From the human T2T-CHM13v2.0 reference genome, Homo sapiens, in assembly GCF_009914755.1 (NCBI RefSeq), contig NC_060948.1: a DNA stretch of 64,000 nucleotides; one strand, given 5' to 3'. Position 1 is the stretch's first letter. Each line of letters begins with the position of its first letter. The notes beneath the pieces are model-generated. The model did no database searches and was not told the origin of the DNA. It saw nothing but the letters and a program-made list of their open reading frames with translations. Position numbers and translations under genes: made by a program. Shown in pieces: positions 1-22,066 of this stretch.

Positions 1-269
1 ATATATAAAAATTATAATATGTACTACAAATATATATATTATATATCATATATGATATAGTACCTTTGTTATATATCATAATACATATAAATGTGTATTA
101 TGTTATCTATAATTATATAATTTCATATATAAGATGTATAATATGTATCATATATTATATATGTTATGTAATATATATAGTATATATAAGATGACACAGG
201 ATAAATATTATATACTATGACATATAAAATATATGAGGTTATATGTTACATATAAGGCATAGCACATAA

Positions 270-584
<315 letters not shown>

Positions 585-1152
585 AGATCCATATTTTTTA
601 AATGAAAAAAAATTTCAAAGGTACTCTGCTTGGTACAATAATCAAATGTATAAACTGAGGAATAAAACATAACCATGAAACCTACTTATAACTGCATATG
701 GAAAATACAGAGGATAATTTTTTAAATAACATATTTTGAAAGCCTTAACTAGTAATTTGAAGAGTTGGCATTTGAAAGGCCAGTATGAATATACCTTCAA
801 AGCAGCAACACAGGTTCCCCGTGAGAAAAAGCAAACTCAGGGAAAATAAAAACACAAAGGTTCAATCTCTTCTGACCTTTGAAAGACACAGCACAGACAG
901 TGGTCCTTAGGACGAAGAGCAGGAGACCCCTAATTCCGTCACCATGGCGATAGGGCATAAACATTGCTGGGTGAGGGCACAATCCACATTGTGAGGTCCA
1001 ACTGCTGCCAGGAAGACAGGAGTGCTTTTACATAGACCGAAAGGTCATTGAAGGCTCAGAGTTTTGTTTCAGGAACTGAATCCCAAGCCCACACGTTATT
1101 AGGCTGCGCTTCTTAAAACAAGTTATGAGATGGGAAAAAGGGCACCCACAAA
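585..1152. repeat. HSATI-type mixed-sequence segment of DYZ2 unit 1 (representative; follows each of the 25 Alu copies)
   Basis: Moderately GC, non-simple sequence between the Alu end (gagcca) and gggcacccacaaaca, nearly identical in all units. The name comes from the known DYZ2 composition, not from an alignment. Confidence 0.75.
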
Positions 1153-3003
<1,851 letters not shown>

Positions 3004-5107
3004 AGATCCATATTTTTTAAATGAAAAAAAATTTCAAAGGTACTCTGCTTGGTACAATAATCAAATGTATAAACTGAGGAATAAAACATAACCATGAAAC
3101 CTACTTATAACTGCATATGGAAAATACAGAGGATAATTTTTTAAATAACATATTTTGAAAGCCTTAACTAGTAATTTGAAGAGTTGGCATTTGAAAGGCC
3201 AGTATGAATATACCTTCAAAGCAGCAACACAGGTTCCCCGTGAGAAAAAGCAAACTCAGGGAAAATAAAAACACAAAGGTTCAATCTCTTCTGACCTTTG
3301 AAAGACACAGCACAGACAGTGGTCCTTAGGACGAAGAGCAGGAGACCCCTAATTCCGTCACCATGGCGATAGGGCATAAACATTGCTGGGTGAGGGCACA
3401 ATCCACATTGTGAGGTCCAACTGCTGCCAGGAAGACAGGAGTGCTTTTACATAGACCGAAAGGTCATTGAAGGCTCAGAGTTTTGTTTCAGGAACTGAAT
3501 CCCAAGCCCACACGTTATTAGGCTGCGCTTCTTAAAACAAGTTATGAGATGGGAAAAAGGGCACCCACAAACATACGTATACATTATGTATATAATAATA
3601 TACAGTATCATATATATAATATATATAACCTATGTATAATATTGTTTTACATCCTGCATCTTATGTTATATATATTGTATAAAGTATAATAATTGATAAT
3701 ATATAATTTTATAATTATACAATATGACATATAGTATATATTATAATTTATGACATATATAATATATGTTATATGTCATATATAGAATATATTATACGGT
3801 TAATATACGTATTAAATATAAATTATACATTATATATATTATATATAATATATCTGTTATATATAATACCCATTATGCATAATATATATATTATGTCTAT
3901 GTTATATATAGTATAAAACAACATATAATAATATATAATTGTATATATAAAATGCGACATATAATATATATTATATTTTATAACATATGTAATATATATT
4001 ATATATTATATATAATACGTTGTATGTATAATACCTATATTAAATATATATTATATGACTATGTTATTAATTACATGTCACATGTGTTATATATTATATA
4101 TTTTACATAGAATACACCGGTTACATACAATATATACTATGTTACCTATAATGTATAATTTATTACATGTAAAATAAAGAATGGAATATATTATGTATAA
4201 TTTATAATATACCATATGTGGAATGTGATATATATAACATATAATATATGATATATGATATACAGTATATGATATATAACATACAATATATGATTCCTAA
4301 TATATATGGTATACAATATATATTTTATGATATGTATTCTATATGTTTTATATTCTGTTATATATAACTATTTGAAATTATATATAACTGTATAATATTT
4401 TATGTAAATATGTAATATAATATATATAACTATATAATATATTATATATAACTATATATTATGTTATATATACTTTTATAACATAATTTACATAAAATAT
4501 CATAATATAATATATACTATATTATTTCATATTACATAATATATATTACATATCACCCAATATAACTAACATACATAATATTATAATATAGATTATATTG
4601 TGTTATATTAAATATCATATATATCATGTATCATATATTCTATAATATATATTACACATTATATAATATGTATGTTGTCTATTATGTGATATATATAACT
4701 ATATATATAATTATATTTTTATACATATAACTAGATAAACATGTAATTCTACATATTTTCATTTATAATATGTAGAATTATATAATCATATATAATTATT
4801 TATATTCTATAAAAAATTTTATCATTATATAAATTATAATATATAGAAATTATAATATGTACTACAAATATATATATTATATATCATATATGATATAGTA
4901 CCTTTGTTATATATCATAATACATATAAATGTGTATTATGTTATCTATAATTATATAATTTCATATATAAGATGTATAATATGTATCATATATTGTATAT
5001 GTTATGTAATATATATAGTATATATAAGATGACACAGGATAAATATTATATACTATGACATATAAAATATATGAGGTTATATGTTACATATAAGGCATAG
5101 CACATAA

Positions 5108-5422
<315 letters not shown>

Positions 5423-7520
5423 AGATCCATATTTTTTAAATGAAAAAAAATTTCAAAGGTACTCTGCTTGGTACAATAATCAAATGTATAAACTGAGGAA
5501 TAAAACATAACCATGAAACCTACTTATAACTGCATATGGAAAATACAGAGGATAATTTTTTAAATAACATATTTTGAAAGCCTTAACTAGTAATTTGAAG
5601 AGTTGGCATTTGAAAGGCCAGTATGAATATACCTTCAAAGCAGCAACACAGGTTCCCCTTGAGAAACAGCAAACTCAGGGAAAATAAAACCACAAAGGTT
5701 CAATCTCTTCTGACCTTTGAAAGACACAGCACAGACAGTGGTCCTTAGGACGAAGAGCAGGAGACCCCTAATTCCGTCACCATGGCGATAGGGCATAAAC
5801 ATTGCTGGGTGAGGGCACAATCCACATTGTGAGGTCCAACTGCTGCCAGGAAGACAGGAGTGCTTTTACATAGACCGAAAGGTCATTGAAGGCTCAGAGT
5901 TTTGTTTCAAGAACTGAATCCCAAGCCCACACGTTATTAGGCTGCGCTTCTTAAAACAAGTTATGAGATGGGAAAAAGGGCACCCACAAACATACGTATA
6001 CATTATGTATATAATAATATACAGTATCATATATAAAATATGTATAACCAATGTATAATATTGTTTTACATCCTGCATCTTATATTATATATATTGTATA
6101 AAATATAATAATTGATAATATATAAGTTTTATATTTATACAATATGACATATAGTACATATTATACTTTATGACATATATAATATATGTTATATATCATA
6201 TATAGAATATATTATACGGTTAATATACGTATTAAATATAAATTATACATTATATATATTATATAAAATATATCTGTTATATATAATACCCATTATGCAT
6301 AATATATATATTATGTCTATGTTATATATAGTATAAAACAACATATAATAATATATAATTGTATATATAAAATGCGACATATAATATATATTATATTTTA
6401 TGACATATGTAATATGTATTATATATTATATATAATACGTTGTATGTATAATACCTATATTAAATATATATTATATGACTATGTTATTAATTACATGTCA
6501 CATATATTATATATTATATATTTTACATAGAATATACCGGTTACATGCAATATATACTATGTTACCTATAATGTATAATTGATTACATGTAAAATAAAGA
6601 ATGCAATATATTATGTATAATTTATAATATACAATATGTGGAATGTGATATATATAACATATAATATATGATATATGATATACAGTATATGATATATAAC
6701 ATACAATATATGATTCCTAATATATATGGTATACAATATATATTTTATGATATGTATTCTATATGTTTTATATTCTGTTATATATAACTATTTGAAATTA
6801 TATATAACTGTACAATATTTTATGCAAATATGTAATATAATATATATAACTATATAATATATTATATGTAACAATATATTATGTTATATATACTTTTATA
6901 ACATAATTTACATTAAATATCATAATATAATATATATTATATTATTTCACATTACATAATATATATTACATATCACCCAATATAAGTAACATAGATAATA
7001 TTATAATATAGATTATATTATGTTATATTAAATATCATATATATCATGTATCTTATATTCTATAATATATATTACACATTATATAATATGTATGTTGTCT
7101 ATTATGTGATATATATAACTATATATATAATTATATTATTATACATATAACTAGATAAACATGTAATTCTACATATTTTCATTTATAATATATAGAATTA
7201 TATAATCATATATAATTATTTATATTCTATAAAAAATTATATCATTATATAAATTATAATATAAAAAAATTATAATATGTACTACAAATATATATATTAT
7301 ATATCATATATGATATAGTACCTTTGTTATATATCATAATACATATAAATGTGTATTATGTTATCTATAATTATATAATTTCATATATAAGATATATAAT
7401 ATGTATTATATATTGTATATGTTATGTAATATATATAGTATATATAAGCTGACACAGGATAAATATTATATACTATGACATATAAAATATATGAGGTTAT
7501 ATGTTACATATAAGGCATAG

Positions 7521-7841
<321 letters not shown>

Positions 7842-9953
7842 AGATCCATATTTTTTAAATGAAAAAAAATTTCAAAGGTACTCTGCTTGGTACAATAATC
7901 AAATGTATAAACTGAGGAATAAAACATAACCATGAAACCTACTTATAACTGCAGATGGAAAATACAGAGGATAATTTTTTAAATAACATATTTTGAAAGC
8001 CTTAACTAGTAATTTGAAGAGTTGGCATTTGTAAGGCCAGTATGAATATACCTTCAAAGAAGCAACACAGGTTCCCCATGAGAAAAAGCAAACTCAGGGA
8101 AAATAAAACCACAAAGGTTCAATCTCTTCTGACCTTTGAAAGACACAGCACAGACAGTGGTCCTTAGGACGAAGAGCAGGAGACCCCTAATTCCGTCACC
8201 ATGGCGATAGGGCATAAACATTGCTGGGTGAGGGCACAATCCACATTGTGAGGTCCAACTGCTGCCAGGAAGACAGGAGTGCTTTTACATAGACCGAAAG
8301 GTCATTGAAGGCTCAGAGTTTTGTTTCAAGAACTGAATCCCAAGCCCACACGTTATTAGGCTGCGCTTCTTAAAACAAGTTATGAGATGGGAAAAAGGGC
8401 ACCCACAAACATACGTATACATTATGTATATAATAATATACAGTATCATATATAAAATATGTATAACCAATGTATAATATTGTTTTACATCCTGCATCTT
8501 ATATTATATATATTGTATAAAATATAATAATTGATAATATATAAGTTTTATATTTATACAATATGACATATAGTATATATTATACTTTATGACATATATA
8601 ATATATGTTATATATCATATATAGAATATATTATACGGTTAATATACGTATTAAATATAAATTATACATTATATATATTATATAAAATATATCTGTTATA
8701 TATAATACCCATTATGCATAATATATATATTATGTCTATGTTATATATAGTATAAAACAACATATAATAATATATAATTGTATATATAAAATGCGACATA
8801 TAATATATATTATATTTTATGACATATGTAATATGTATTATATATTATATATAATACGTTGTATGTATAATACCTATATTAAATATATATTATATGACTA
8901 TGTTATTAATTACATGTCACATATGTTATATATTATATATTTTACATAGAATATACCGGTTACATGCAATATATACTATGTTACCTATAATGTATAATTG
9001 ATTATATGTAAAATAAAGAATGCAATATATTATGTATAATTTATAATATACAATATGTGGAATGTGATATATATAACATATAATATATGATATATGATAT
9101 ACAGTATATGATATATAACATACAATATATGATTCCTAATATATATGGTATACAATATATATTTTATGATATGTATTCTATATGTTTTATATTCTGTTAT
9201 ATATAACTATTTGAAATTATATATAACTGTATAATATTTTATGCAAATATGTAATATAATATATATAACTATATAATATATTATATGTAACAATATATTA
9301 TGTTATATATACTTTTATAACATAATTTACATTAAATATCATAATATAATATATATTATATTATTTCACATTACATAATATATATTACATATCACCCAAT
9401 ATAAGTAACATAGATAATATTATAATATAGATTATATTATGTTATATTAAATATCATATATATCATGTATCTTATATTCTATAATATATATTACACATTA
9501 TATAATATGTATGTTGTCTATTATGTGATATATATAACTATATATATAATTATATTATTATACATATAACTAGATAAACATGTAATTCTACATATTTTCA
9601 TTTATAATATATAGAATTATATAATCATATATAATTATTTATATTCTATAAAAAATTATATCATTATATAAATTATAATATAAAAAAATTATAATATGTA
9701 CTACAAATATATATATTATATATCATATATGATATAGTACCTTTGTTATATATCATAATACATATAAATGTGTATTATGTTATCTATAATTATATAATTT
9801 CATATATAAGATATATAATATGTATTATATATTGTATATGTTATGTGATATATATAGTATATATAAGCTGACACAGGATAAATATTATATACTATGACAT
9901 ATAAAATATATGAGGTTATATGTTACATATAAGGCATAGCACATAACATGTAA

Positions 9954-10260
<307 letters not shown>

Positions 10261-12358
10261 AGATCCATATTTTTTAAATGAAAAAAAATTTCAAAGGTAC
10301 TCTGCTTGGTACAATAATCAAATGTATAAACTGAGGAATAAAACATAACCATGAAACCTACTTATAACTGCATATGGAAAATACAGAGGATAATTTTTTA
10401 AATAACATATTTTGAAAGCCTTAACTAGTAATTTGAAGAGTTGGCATTTGTAAGGCCAGTATGAATATACCTTCAAAGCAGCAACACAGGTTCCCCATGA
10501 GAAAAAGCAAACTCAGGGGAAATAAAACCACAAAGGTTCAATCTCTTCTGACCTTTGAAAGACACAGCACAGACAGTGGTCCTTAGGACGAAGAGCAGGA
10601 GACCCCTAATTCCGTCACCATGGCGATAGGGCATAAACATTGCTGGGTGAGGGCACAATCCACATTGTGAGGTCCAACTGCTGCCAGGAAGACAGGAGTG
10701 CTTTTACATAGACCGAAAGGTCATTGAAGGCTCAGAGTTTTGTTTCAAGAACTGAATCCCAAGCCCACACGTTATTAGGCTGCGCTTCTTAAAACAAGTT
10801 ATGAGATGGGAAAAAGGGCACCCACAAACATACGTATACATTATGTATATAATAATATACAGTATCATATATAAAATATGTATAACCAATGTATAATATT
10901 GTTTTACATCCTGCATCTTATATTATATATATTGTATAAAATATAATAATTGATAATATATAAGTTTTATATTTATACAATATGACATATAGTATATATT
11001 ATACTTTATGACATATATAATATATGTTATATATCATATATAGAATATATTATACGGTTAATATACGTATTAAATATAAATTATACATTATATATATTAT
11101 ATAAAATATATCTGTTATATATAATACCCATTATGCATAATATATATATTATGTCTATGTTATATATAGTATAAAACAACATATAATAATATATAATTGT
11201 ATATATAAAATGCGACATATAATATATATTATATTTTATGACATATGTAATATATATTATATATTATATATAATACGTTGTATGTATAATACCTATATTA
11301 AATATATATTATATGACTATGTTATTAATTACATGTCACATATGTTATATATTATATATTTTACATAGAATATACCGGTTAAATACAATATATACTATGT
11401 TACCTATAATGTATAATTGATTACATGTAAAATAAAGAATGCAATATATTATGTATAATTTATAATATACAATATGTGGAATGTGATATATATAACATAT
11501 AATATATGATATATGATATACAGTATATGATATATAACATACAATATATGATACCTAATATATATGGTATACAATATATATTTTAAGATATGTATTCTAT
11601 ATGTTTTATATTCTGTTATATATAACTATTTGAAATTATATATAACTGTATAATATTTTATGTAAATATGTAATATAATATATATAACTATATAATATAT
11701 TATATATAACTATATATTATGTTATATATACTTTTATAACATAATTTACATAAAATGTCATAATATAATATATATTATATTATTTCACATTACATAATAT
11801 ATATTACATATCACCCAATATAAGTAACATACATAATATTATAATATAGATTATATTATGTTATATTAAATATCATATATATCATGTATCATATATTCTA
11901 TAATATATATTACACATTATATAATATGTATGTTGTCTATTTTGTGATATATAAAACTATATATATAATTATATTATTATACATATAACTAGATAAACAT
12001 GTAATTCTACATATTTTCATTTGTAATATATAGAATTATATGATCATATATAATTATTTATATTCTATAAAAAATTATATCATTATATAAATTATAATAT
12101 AAAAAAATTATAATATGTACTACAAATATATATATTATATATCATATATGATATAGTACCTTTGTTATATATCATAATACATATAAATGTGTATTATGTT
12201 ATCTATAATTATATAATTTCATATATAAGATATATAATATGTATTATATATTGTATATGTTATGTGATATATATAGTATATATAAGCTGACACAGGATAA
12301 ATATTATATACTATGACATATAAAATATATGAGGTTATATGTTACATATAAGGCATAG

Positions 12359-12679
<321 letters not shown>

Positions 12680-14807
12680 AGATCCATATTTTTTAAATGA
12701 AAAAAAATTTCAAAGGTACTCTGCTTGGTACAATAATCAAATGTATAAACTGAGGAATAAAACATAACCATGAAACCTACTTATAACTGCAGATGGAAAA
12801 TACAGAGGATAATTTTTTAAATAACATATTTTGAAAGCCTTAACTAGTAATTTGAAGAGTTGGCATTTGTAAGGCCAGTATGAATATACCTTCAAAGCAG
12901 CAACACAGGTTCCCCATGAGAAAAAGCAAACTCAGGGAAAATAAAACCACAAAGGTTTAATCTCTTCTGACCTTTGAAAGACACAGCACAGACAGTGGTC
13001 CTTAGGACGAAGAGCAGGAGACCCCTAATTCCGTCACCATGGCGATAGGGCATAAACATTGCTGGGTGAGGGCACAATCCACATTGTGAGGTCCAACTGC
13101 TGCCAGGAAGACAGGAGTGCTTTTACATAGACCGAAAGGTCATTGAAGGCTCAGAGTTTTGTTTCAAGAACTGAATCCCAAGCCCACACGTTATTAGGCT
13201 GCGCTTCTTAAAACAAGTTATGAGATGGGAAAAAGGGCACCCACAAACATACGTATACATTATGTATATAATAATATACAGTATCATATATAAAATATGT
13301 ATAACCTATGTATAATATTGTTTTACATCCTGCATCTTATATTATATATATTGTATACAATATAATAATTGATAATATATAAGTTTTATATTTATACAAT
13401 ATGACATATAGTATATATTATAATTTATGACATATATAATATATGTTATATATCATATATAGAATATATTATACGGTTAATATACGTATTAAATATAAAT
13501 TATACATTATATATATTATATAAAATATATCTGTTATATATAATACCCTTTATGCATAATATATATATTATGTCTATGTTATATATAGTATAAAACAACA
13601 TATAATAATATATAATTGTATATATAAAATGCGACATATAATATAAATTATATTTTATGACATATGTAATATGTATTATATATTATATATAATACGTTGT
13701 ATGTATAATACCTATATTAAATATATATTATATGAATATGTTATTAATTACATGTCACATATGTTATATATTATATATTTTACATAGAATATACCGGTTA
13801 CATGCAATATATACTATGTTACCTATAATGTATAATTGATTACATGTAAAATAAAGAATGCAATATATTATGTATAATTTATAATACACAATATGTGGAA
13901 TGTGATATATATAACATATAATATATGATATATGATATACAGTATATGATATATAACATACAATATATGATACCTAATATATATGGTATACAATATATAT
14001 TTTAAGTTATGCATTCTATATGTTTTATATTCTGTTATATATAACAATTTGAAATTATATATAACTGTATAATATTTTATGTAAATATGTAATATAATAT
14101 ATATAACTATATAATATATTATATATAACTATATATTATGTTATATATACTTTTATAACATAATTTACATAAAATGTCATAATATAATATATATTATATT
14201 ATTTCACATTACATAATATATATTACATATCACCCAATATAAGTAACATACATAATATTATAATATAGATTATATTATGTTATATTAAATATCATATATA
14301 TCATGTATCATATATTCTATAATATATATTACACATTATATAATATGTATGTTGTCTATTTTGTGATATATAAAACTATATATATAATTATATTATTATA
14401 CATATAACTAGATAAACATGTAATTCTACATATTTTCATTTGTAATATATAGAATTATATAATCATATATAATTATTTATATTCTATAAAAAATTATATC
14501 ATTATATAAATTATAATATAAAAAAATTATAATATGTACTACAAATATACATATTATATATCATATATGATATAGTACCTTTGTTATATATGATAATACA
14601 TATAAATGTGTATTATGTTATCTATAATTATATAATTTCATATATAAGATGTATAATATGTAATATATATTGTCTATGTTATGTAATATATATAGTATAT
14701 GTAAGCTGACACAGGATAAATATTATATACTATGACATATAAAATATATGAGGTTATATGTTACATATAAGGCATAGCACATAACATGTAATATATATCA
14801 TATATAA

Positions 14808-15099
<292 letters not shown>

Positions 15100-17197
15100 A
15101 GATCCATATTTTTTAAATGAAAAAAAATTTCAAAGGTACTCTGCTTGGTACAATAATCAAATGTATAAACTGAGGAATAAAACATAACCATGAAACCTAC
15201 TTATAACTGCATATGGAAAACACAGAGGATAATTTTTTAAATAACATATTTTGAAAGCCTTAACTAGTAATTTGAAGAGTTGGCATTTGAAAGGCCAGTA
15301 TGAATATACCTTCAAAGCAGCAACACAGGTTCCCCATGAGAAAAAGCAAACTCAGGGAAAATAAAACCACAAAGGTTCAATCTCTTCTGACCTTTGAAAG
15401 ACACAGCACAGACAGTGGTCCTTAGGACGAAGAGCAGGAGACCCCTAATTCCGTCACCATGGCGATAGGGCATAAACATTGCTGGGTGAGGGCACAATCC
15501 ACATTGAGAGGTCCAACTGCTGCCAGGAAGACAGGAGTGCTTTTACATAGACCGAAAGGTCATTGAAGGCTCAGAGTTTTGTTTCAAGAACTGAATCCCA
15601 AGCCCACACGTTATTAGGCTGCGCTTCTTAAAACAAGTTATGAGATGGGAAAAAGGGCACCCACAAACATACGTATACATTATGTATATAATAATATACA
15701 GTATCATATATATAATATATATAACCTATGCATAATATTGTTTTACATCATGCATCTTATATTATATATATTGTATAAAATATAATAATTCATAATATAT
15801 AACGTTTATATTTATACAATATGACATATAGTATATATTATAATTTATGACCTATATAATATATGTTATATATCATATATAGAATATATTATACGGTTAA
15901 TATACGTATTAAATATAAATTATACATTATATATATTATATAAAATATATCTGTTATATATAATACCCTTTATGCATAATATATATATTATGTCTATGTT
16001 ATATATAGTATAAAACAACATATAATAATATATAATTGTATATATAAAATGCGACATATAATATATATTATATTTTATGACATATGTAATATATATTATA
16101 TATTATATATAATACGTTGTATGTATAATACCTATATTAAATATATATTATATGACTATGTTATTAATTACATGTCACATATGTTATATATTACATATTT
16201 TACATAGAATATACCGGTTACATGCAATATATACTATGTTACCTATAATGTATAATTGATTACATGTAAAATAAAGAATGCAATATATTATGTATAATTT
16301 ATAATATACAATATGTGGAATGTGATATATATAACATATAATATATGATATATGATATACAGTATATGATATATAACATACAATATATGATACCTAATAT
16401 ATATGGTATACAATACATATTTTATGATATGTATTCTATATGTTTTATATTCTGTTATATATAACTATTTGAAATTATATATAACTGTATAATATTTTAT
16501 GCAAATATGTAATATAATATATATAACTATATAATATATTATATATAACTATATATTATGTTATATATACTTTTATAACATAATTTACATTAAATATCAT
16601 AATATAATATATATTATATTATTTCACATTACATAATATATATTACATATCACCCAATATAAGTAACATACATAATATTATAATATAGATTATATTATGT
16701 TATATTAAATATCATATATATCATGTATCATATATTCTATAATATATATTACACATTATATAATATGTATGTTGTCTATTATGTGATATATATAACTATA
16801 TATATAATTATATTATTATACATATAACTAGATAAACATGTAATTCTACATATTTTCATTTATAATATATAGAATTATATAATCATATATAATTATTTAT
16901 ATTCTATAAAAAATTATATCATTATATAAATTATAATATAAAAAAATTATAATATGTACTACAAATATATATATTATATATCATATATGATATAGTACCT
17001 TTGTTATATATCATAATACATATAAATGTGTATTATGTTATCTATAATTATATAATTTCATATATAAGATGTATAATATGTATTATATATTGTATATGTT
17101 ATGTAATATATATAGTATATATAAGCTGACACAGGATAAATATTATATACTATGACATATAAAATATATGAGGTTATATGTTACATATAAGGCATAG

Positions 17198-17518
<321 letters not shown>

Positions 17519-19646
17519 AGATCCATATTTTTTAAATGAAAAAAAATTTCAAAGGTACTCTGCTTGGTACAATAATCAAATGTATAAACTGAGGAATAAA
17601 ACATAACCATGAAACCTACTTATAACTGCATATGGAAAATACAGAGGATAATTTTTTAAATAACATATTTTGAAAGCCTTAACTAGTAATTTGAAGAGTT
17701 GGCATTTGTAAGGCCAGTATGAATATACCTTCAAAGCAGCAACACAGGTTCCCCATGAGAAAAAGCAAACTCAGGGAAAATAAAACCACAAAGGTTCAAT
17801 CTCTTCTGACCTTTGAAAGACACAGCACAGACAGTGGTCCTTAGGACGAAGAGCAGGAGACCCCTAATTCCGTCACCATGGCGATAGGGCATAAACATTG
17901 CTGGGTGAGGGCACAATCCACATTGTGAGGTCCAACTGCTGCCAGGAAAACAGGAGTGCTTTTACATAGACCGAAAGGTCATTGAAGGCTCAGAGTTTTG
18001 TTTCAAGAACTGAATCCCAAGCCCACACGTTATTAGGCTGCGCTTCTTAAAACAAGTTATGAGATGGGAAAAAGGGCACCCACAAACATACGTATACATT
18101 ATGTATATAATAATATACAGTATCATATATAAAATATGTATAACCTATGTATAATATTGTTTTACATCCTGCATCTTATATTATATATATTGTATAAAAT
18201 ATAATAATTGATAATATATAAGTTTTATATTTATACAATATGACATATAGTATATATTATAATTTATGACATATATAATATATGTTATATATCATATATA
18301 GAATATATTATACGGTTAATATACGTATTAAATATAAATTATACATTATATATATTATATAAAATATATCTGTTATATATAATACCCATTATGCATAATA
18401 TATATATTATGTCTATGTTATATATAGTATAAAACAACATATAATAATATATAATTGTATATATAAAATGCGACATATAATATATATTATATTTTATGAC
18501 ATATGTAATATATATTATATATTATATATAATACGTTGTATGTATAATACCTATATTAAATATATATTATATGACTATGTTATTAATTACATGTCACATA
18601 TGTTATATATTATATATTTTACATAGAATATACCGGTTACATACAATATATACTATGTTACCTATAATGTATAATTGATTACATGTAAAATAAAGAATGC
18701 AATATATTATGTATAATTTATAATATACAATATGTGGAATGTGATATATATAACATATAATATATGATATATGATATACAGTATATGATATATAACATAC
18801 AATATATGATACCTAATATATATGGTATACAATATATATTTTATGATATGTATTCTATATGTTTTATATTCTGTTATATATAACTATTTGAAATTATATA
18901 TAACTGTATAATATTTTATGTAAATATGTAATATAATATATATAACTATATAATATATTATATATAACTATATATTATGTTATATATACATTTATAACAT
19001 AATTTACATAAAATGTCATAATATAATATATATTATATTATTTCACATTACATAATATATATTACATATCACCCAATATAAGTAACATACATAATATTAT
19101 AATATAGATTATATTATGTTATATTAAATATCATATATATCATGTATCATATATTCCATAATATATATTACACATTATATAATATGTATGTTGTCTATTT
19201 TGTGATATATAAAACTATATATATAATTATATTATTATACATATAAGTAGATAAACATGTAATTATACATATTTTCATTTGTAATATATAGAATTATATA
19301 ATCATATATAATTATTTATATTCTATAAAAAATTATATCATTATATAAATTATAATATAAAAAAATTATAATATGTACTACAAATATATATATTATATAT
19401 CATATATGATATAGTACCTTTGTTATATATCATAATACATATAAATGTGTATTATGTTATCTATAATTATATACTTTCATATGTAAGATGTATAATATGT
19501 ATTATATATTCTCTATGTTATGTAATATATATAGTATATGTAAGCTGACACAGGATAAATATTATATACTATGACATATAAAATATATGAGGTTATATGT
19601 TACATATAAGGCATAGCACATAACATGTAATATATATCATATATAA

Positions 19647-19938
19647 TTTTTTTTTAGACAGAGTCTTGTCGTGTTGCACAGGGTGGAGTACAATGGCGCC
19701 ATCTTTGCTCACTGCAACATCTGCCTCACGGGTCTAAGCGATTGTCATCCCTCAGCCTCCCAGGTAACTGGGACTACACCACACTGGGAGTACACCAGCT
19801 GCCACCATGCCTAGCTAATTTTTTGGATTTTTAGTAGTGACAGCGTTTCACTGTATTGGCCAGGATGGTCTTGATCTCTTCACCTTGTGATCCCCTTGCC
19901 TTGGCCTCCAAATTTGCTGGGATTACAGGCCTGAGCCA
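19647..19938 (-). mobile_element. Alu in DYZ2 unit 9
   Basis: Alu copy. Confidence 0.93.
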
Positions 19939-22066
19939 AGATCCATATTTTTTAAATGAAAAAAAATTTCAAAGGTACTCTGCTTGGTACAATAATCAAA
20001 TGTATAAACTGAGGAATAAAACATAACCATGAAACCTACTTATAACTGCATATGGAAAATACAGAGGATAATTTTTTAAATAACATATTTTGAAAGCCTT
20101 AACTAGTAATTTGAAGAGCTGGCATTTGAAAGGCCAGTATGAATATACCTTCAAAGCAGCAACACAGGTTCCCCATGAGAAAAAGCAAACACAGGGAAAA
20201 TAAAAACACAAAGGTTCAATCTCTTCTGACCTTTGAAAGACACAGCACAGACAGTGGTCCTTAGGACGAAGAGCAGGAGACCCCTAATTCCGTCACCATG
20301 GCGATAGGGCATAAACATTGCTGGGTGAGGGCACAATCCACATTGTGAGGTCCAACTGCTGCCAGGAAGACAGGAGTGCTTTTACATAGACCGAAAGGTC
20401 ATTGAAGGCTCAGAGTTTTGTTTCAAGAACTGAATCCCAAGCCCACACGTTATTAGGCTGCGCTTCTTAAAACAAGTTATGAGATGGGAAAAAGGGCACC
20501 CACAAACATACGTATACATTATGTATATAATAATATACAGTATCATATATATAATATATATAACCTATGTATAATATTGTTTTACATCCTGCATCTTATG
20601 TTATATATATTGTATAAAATATAATAATTGATAATATATAAGTTTTATATTTATACAATATGACATATAGTATATATTATAATTTAAGACATATATAATA
20701 TATGTTATATACCATATATAGAATATATTATACGGTTAATATACGTATTAAATATAAATTATACATTATATATATTATATATAATATATCTGTTATATAT
20801 AATACCCATTATGCATAATATATATATTATGTCTATGTTATATATAGTATAAAACAACATATAATAATATATAATTGTATATATAAAATGCGACATATAA
20901 TACATATTATATTTTATAACATATGTAATATATATTATATATTATATATAATACGTTGTATGTATAATACCTATATTAAATATATATTATATGACTATGT
21001 TATTAATTACATGTCACATGTGTTATATATTATATATTTTACATACAATATACCTGTTACATACAATATATACTATGTTACCTATAATGTATAATTTATT
21101 ACATGTAAAATAAAGAATGCAATATATTATGTATAATTTATAATATACCATATGTGGAATGTGATATATATAACATATAATATATGATATATGATATACA
21201 GTATATGATATATAACATACAATATATGATTCCTAATATATATGGTATACAATATATATTTTATGATATGTATTCTATATGTTTTATATTCTGTTATATA
21301 TAACTATTTGAAATTATATATAACTGTATAATATTTTATGTAAATATGTAATATAATATATATAACTATATAATATATTATATATAACTATATATTATGT
21401 TATATATACTTTTATAACATAATTTGCATAAAATATCATAACATAATATATATTATATTATTTCATATTACATAATATATATTACATATCACCCAATATA
21501 ACTAACATACATAATATTATAATATAGATTATATTGTGTTATATTAAATATCATATATATCATGTATCATATATTCTATAATATATATTACACATTATAT
21601 AATATGTATGTTGTCTATTATGTGATATATATAACTCTATATATAATTATATTTTTATACATATAACTAGATAAACATGTAATTCTACATATTTTCATTT
21701 AAAATATGTAGAATTATATAATCATATATAATTATTTATATTCTATAAAAAATTTTATCATTATATAAATTATAATATATAAAAATTATAATATGTACTA
21801 CAAATATATATATTATATATCATATATGATATAGTACCTTTGTTATATATCATAATACATATAAATGTGTATTATGTTATCTATAATTATATAATTTCAT
21901 ATATAAGATGTATAATATGTATCATATATTATATATGTTATGTAATATATATAGTATATATAAGATGACACAGGATAAATATTATATACTATGACATATA
22001 AAATATATCAGGTTATATGTTACATATAAGGCATAGCACATAACATGTAATATATATCATATATAA

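Noticed and set aside
797-982. 61-aa minus-strand ORF (MCPHPAMF...) repeated in nearly every unit
   Set aside because: It starts at TTG rather than ATG, has no recognisable domain, is frameshifted in unit 21, and its variants frequently change amino acids. Its recurrence simply reflects the tandem repeat.
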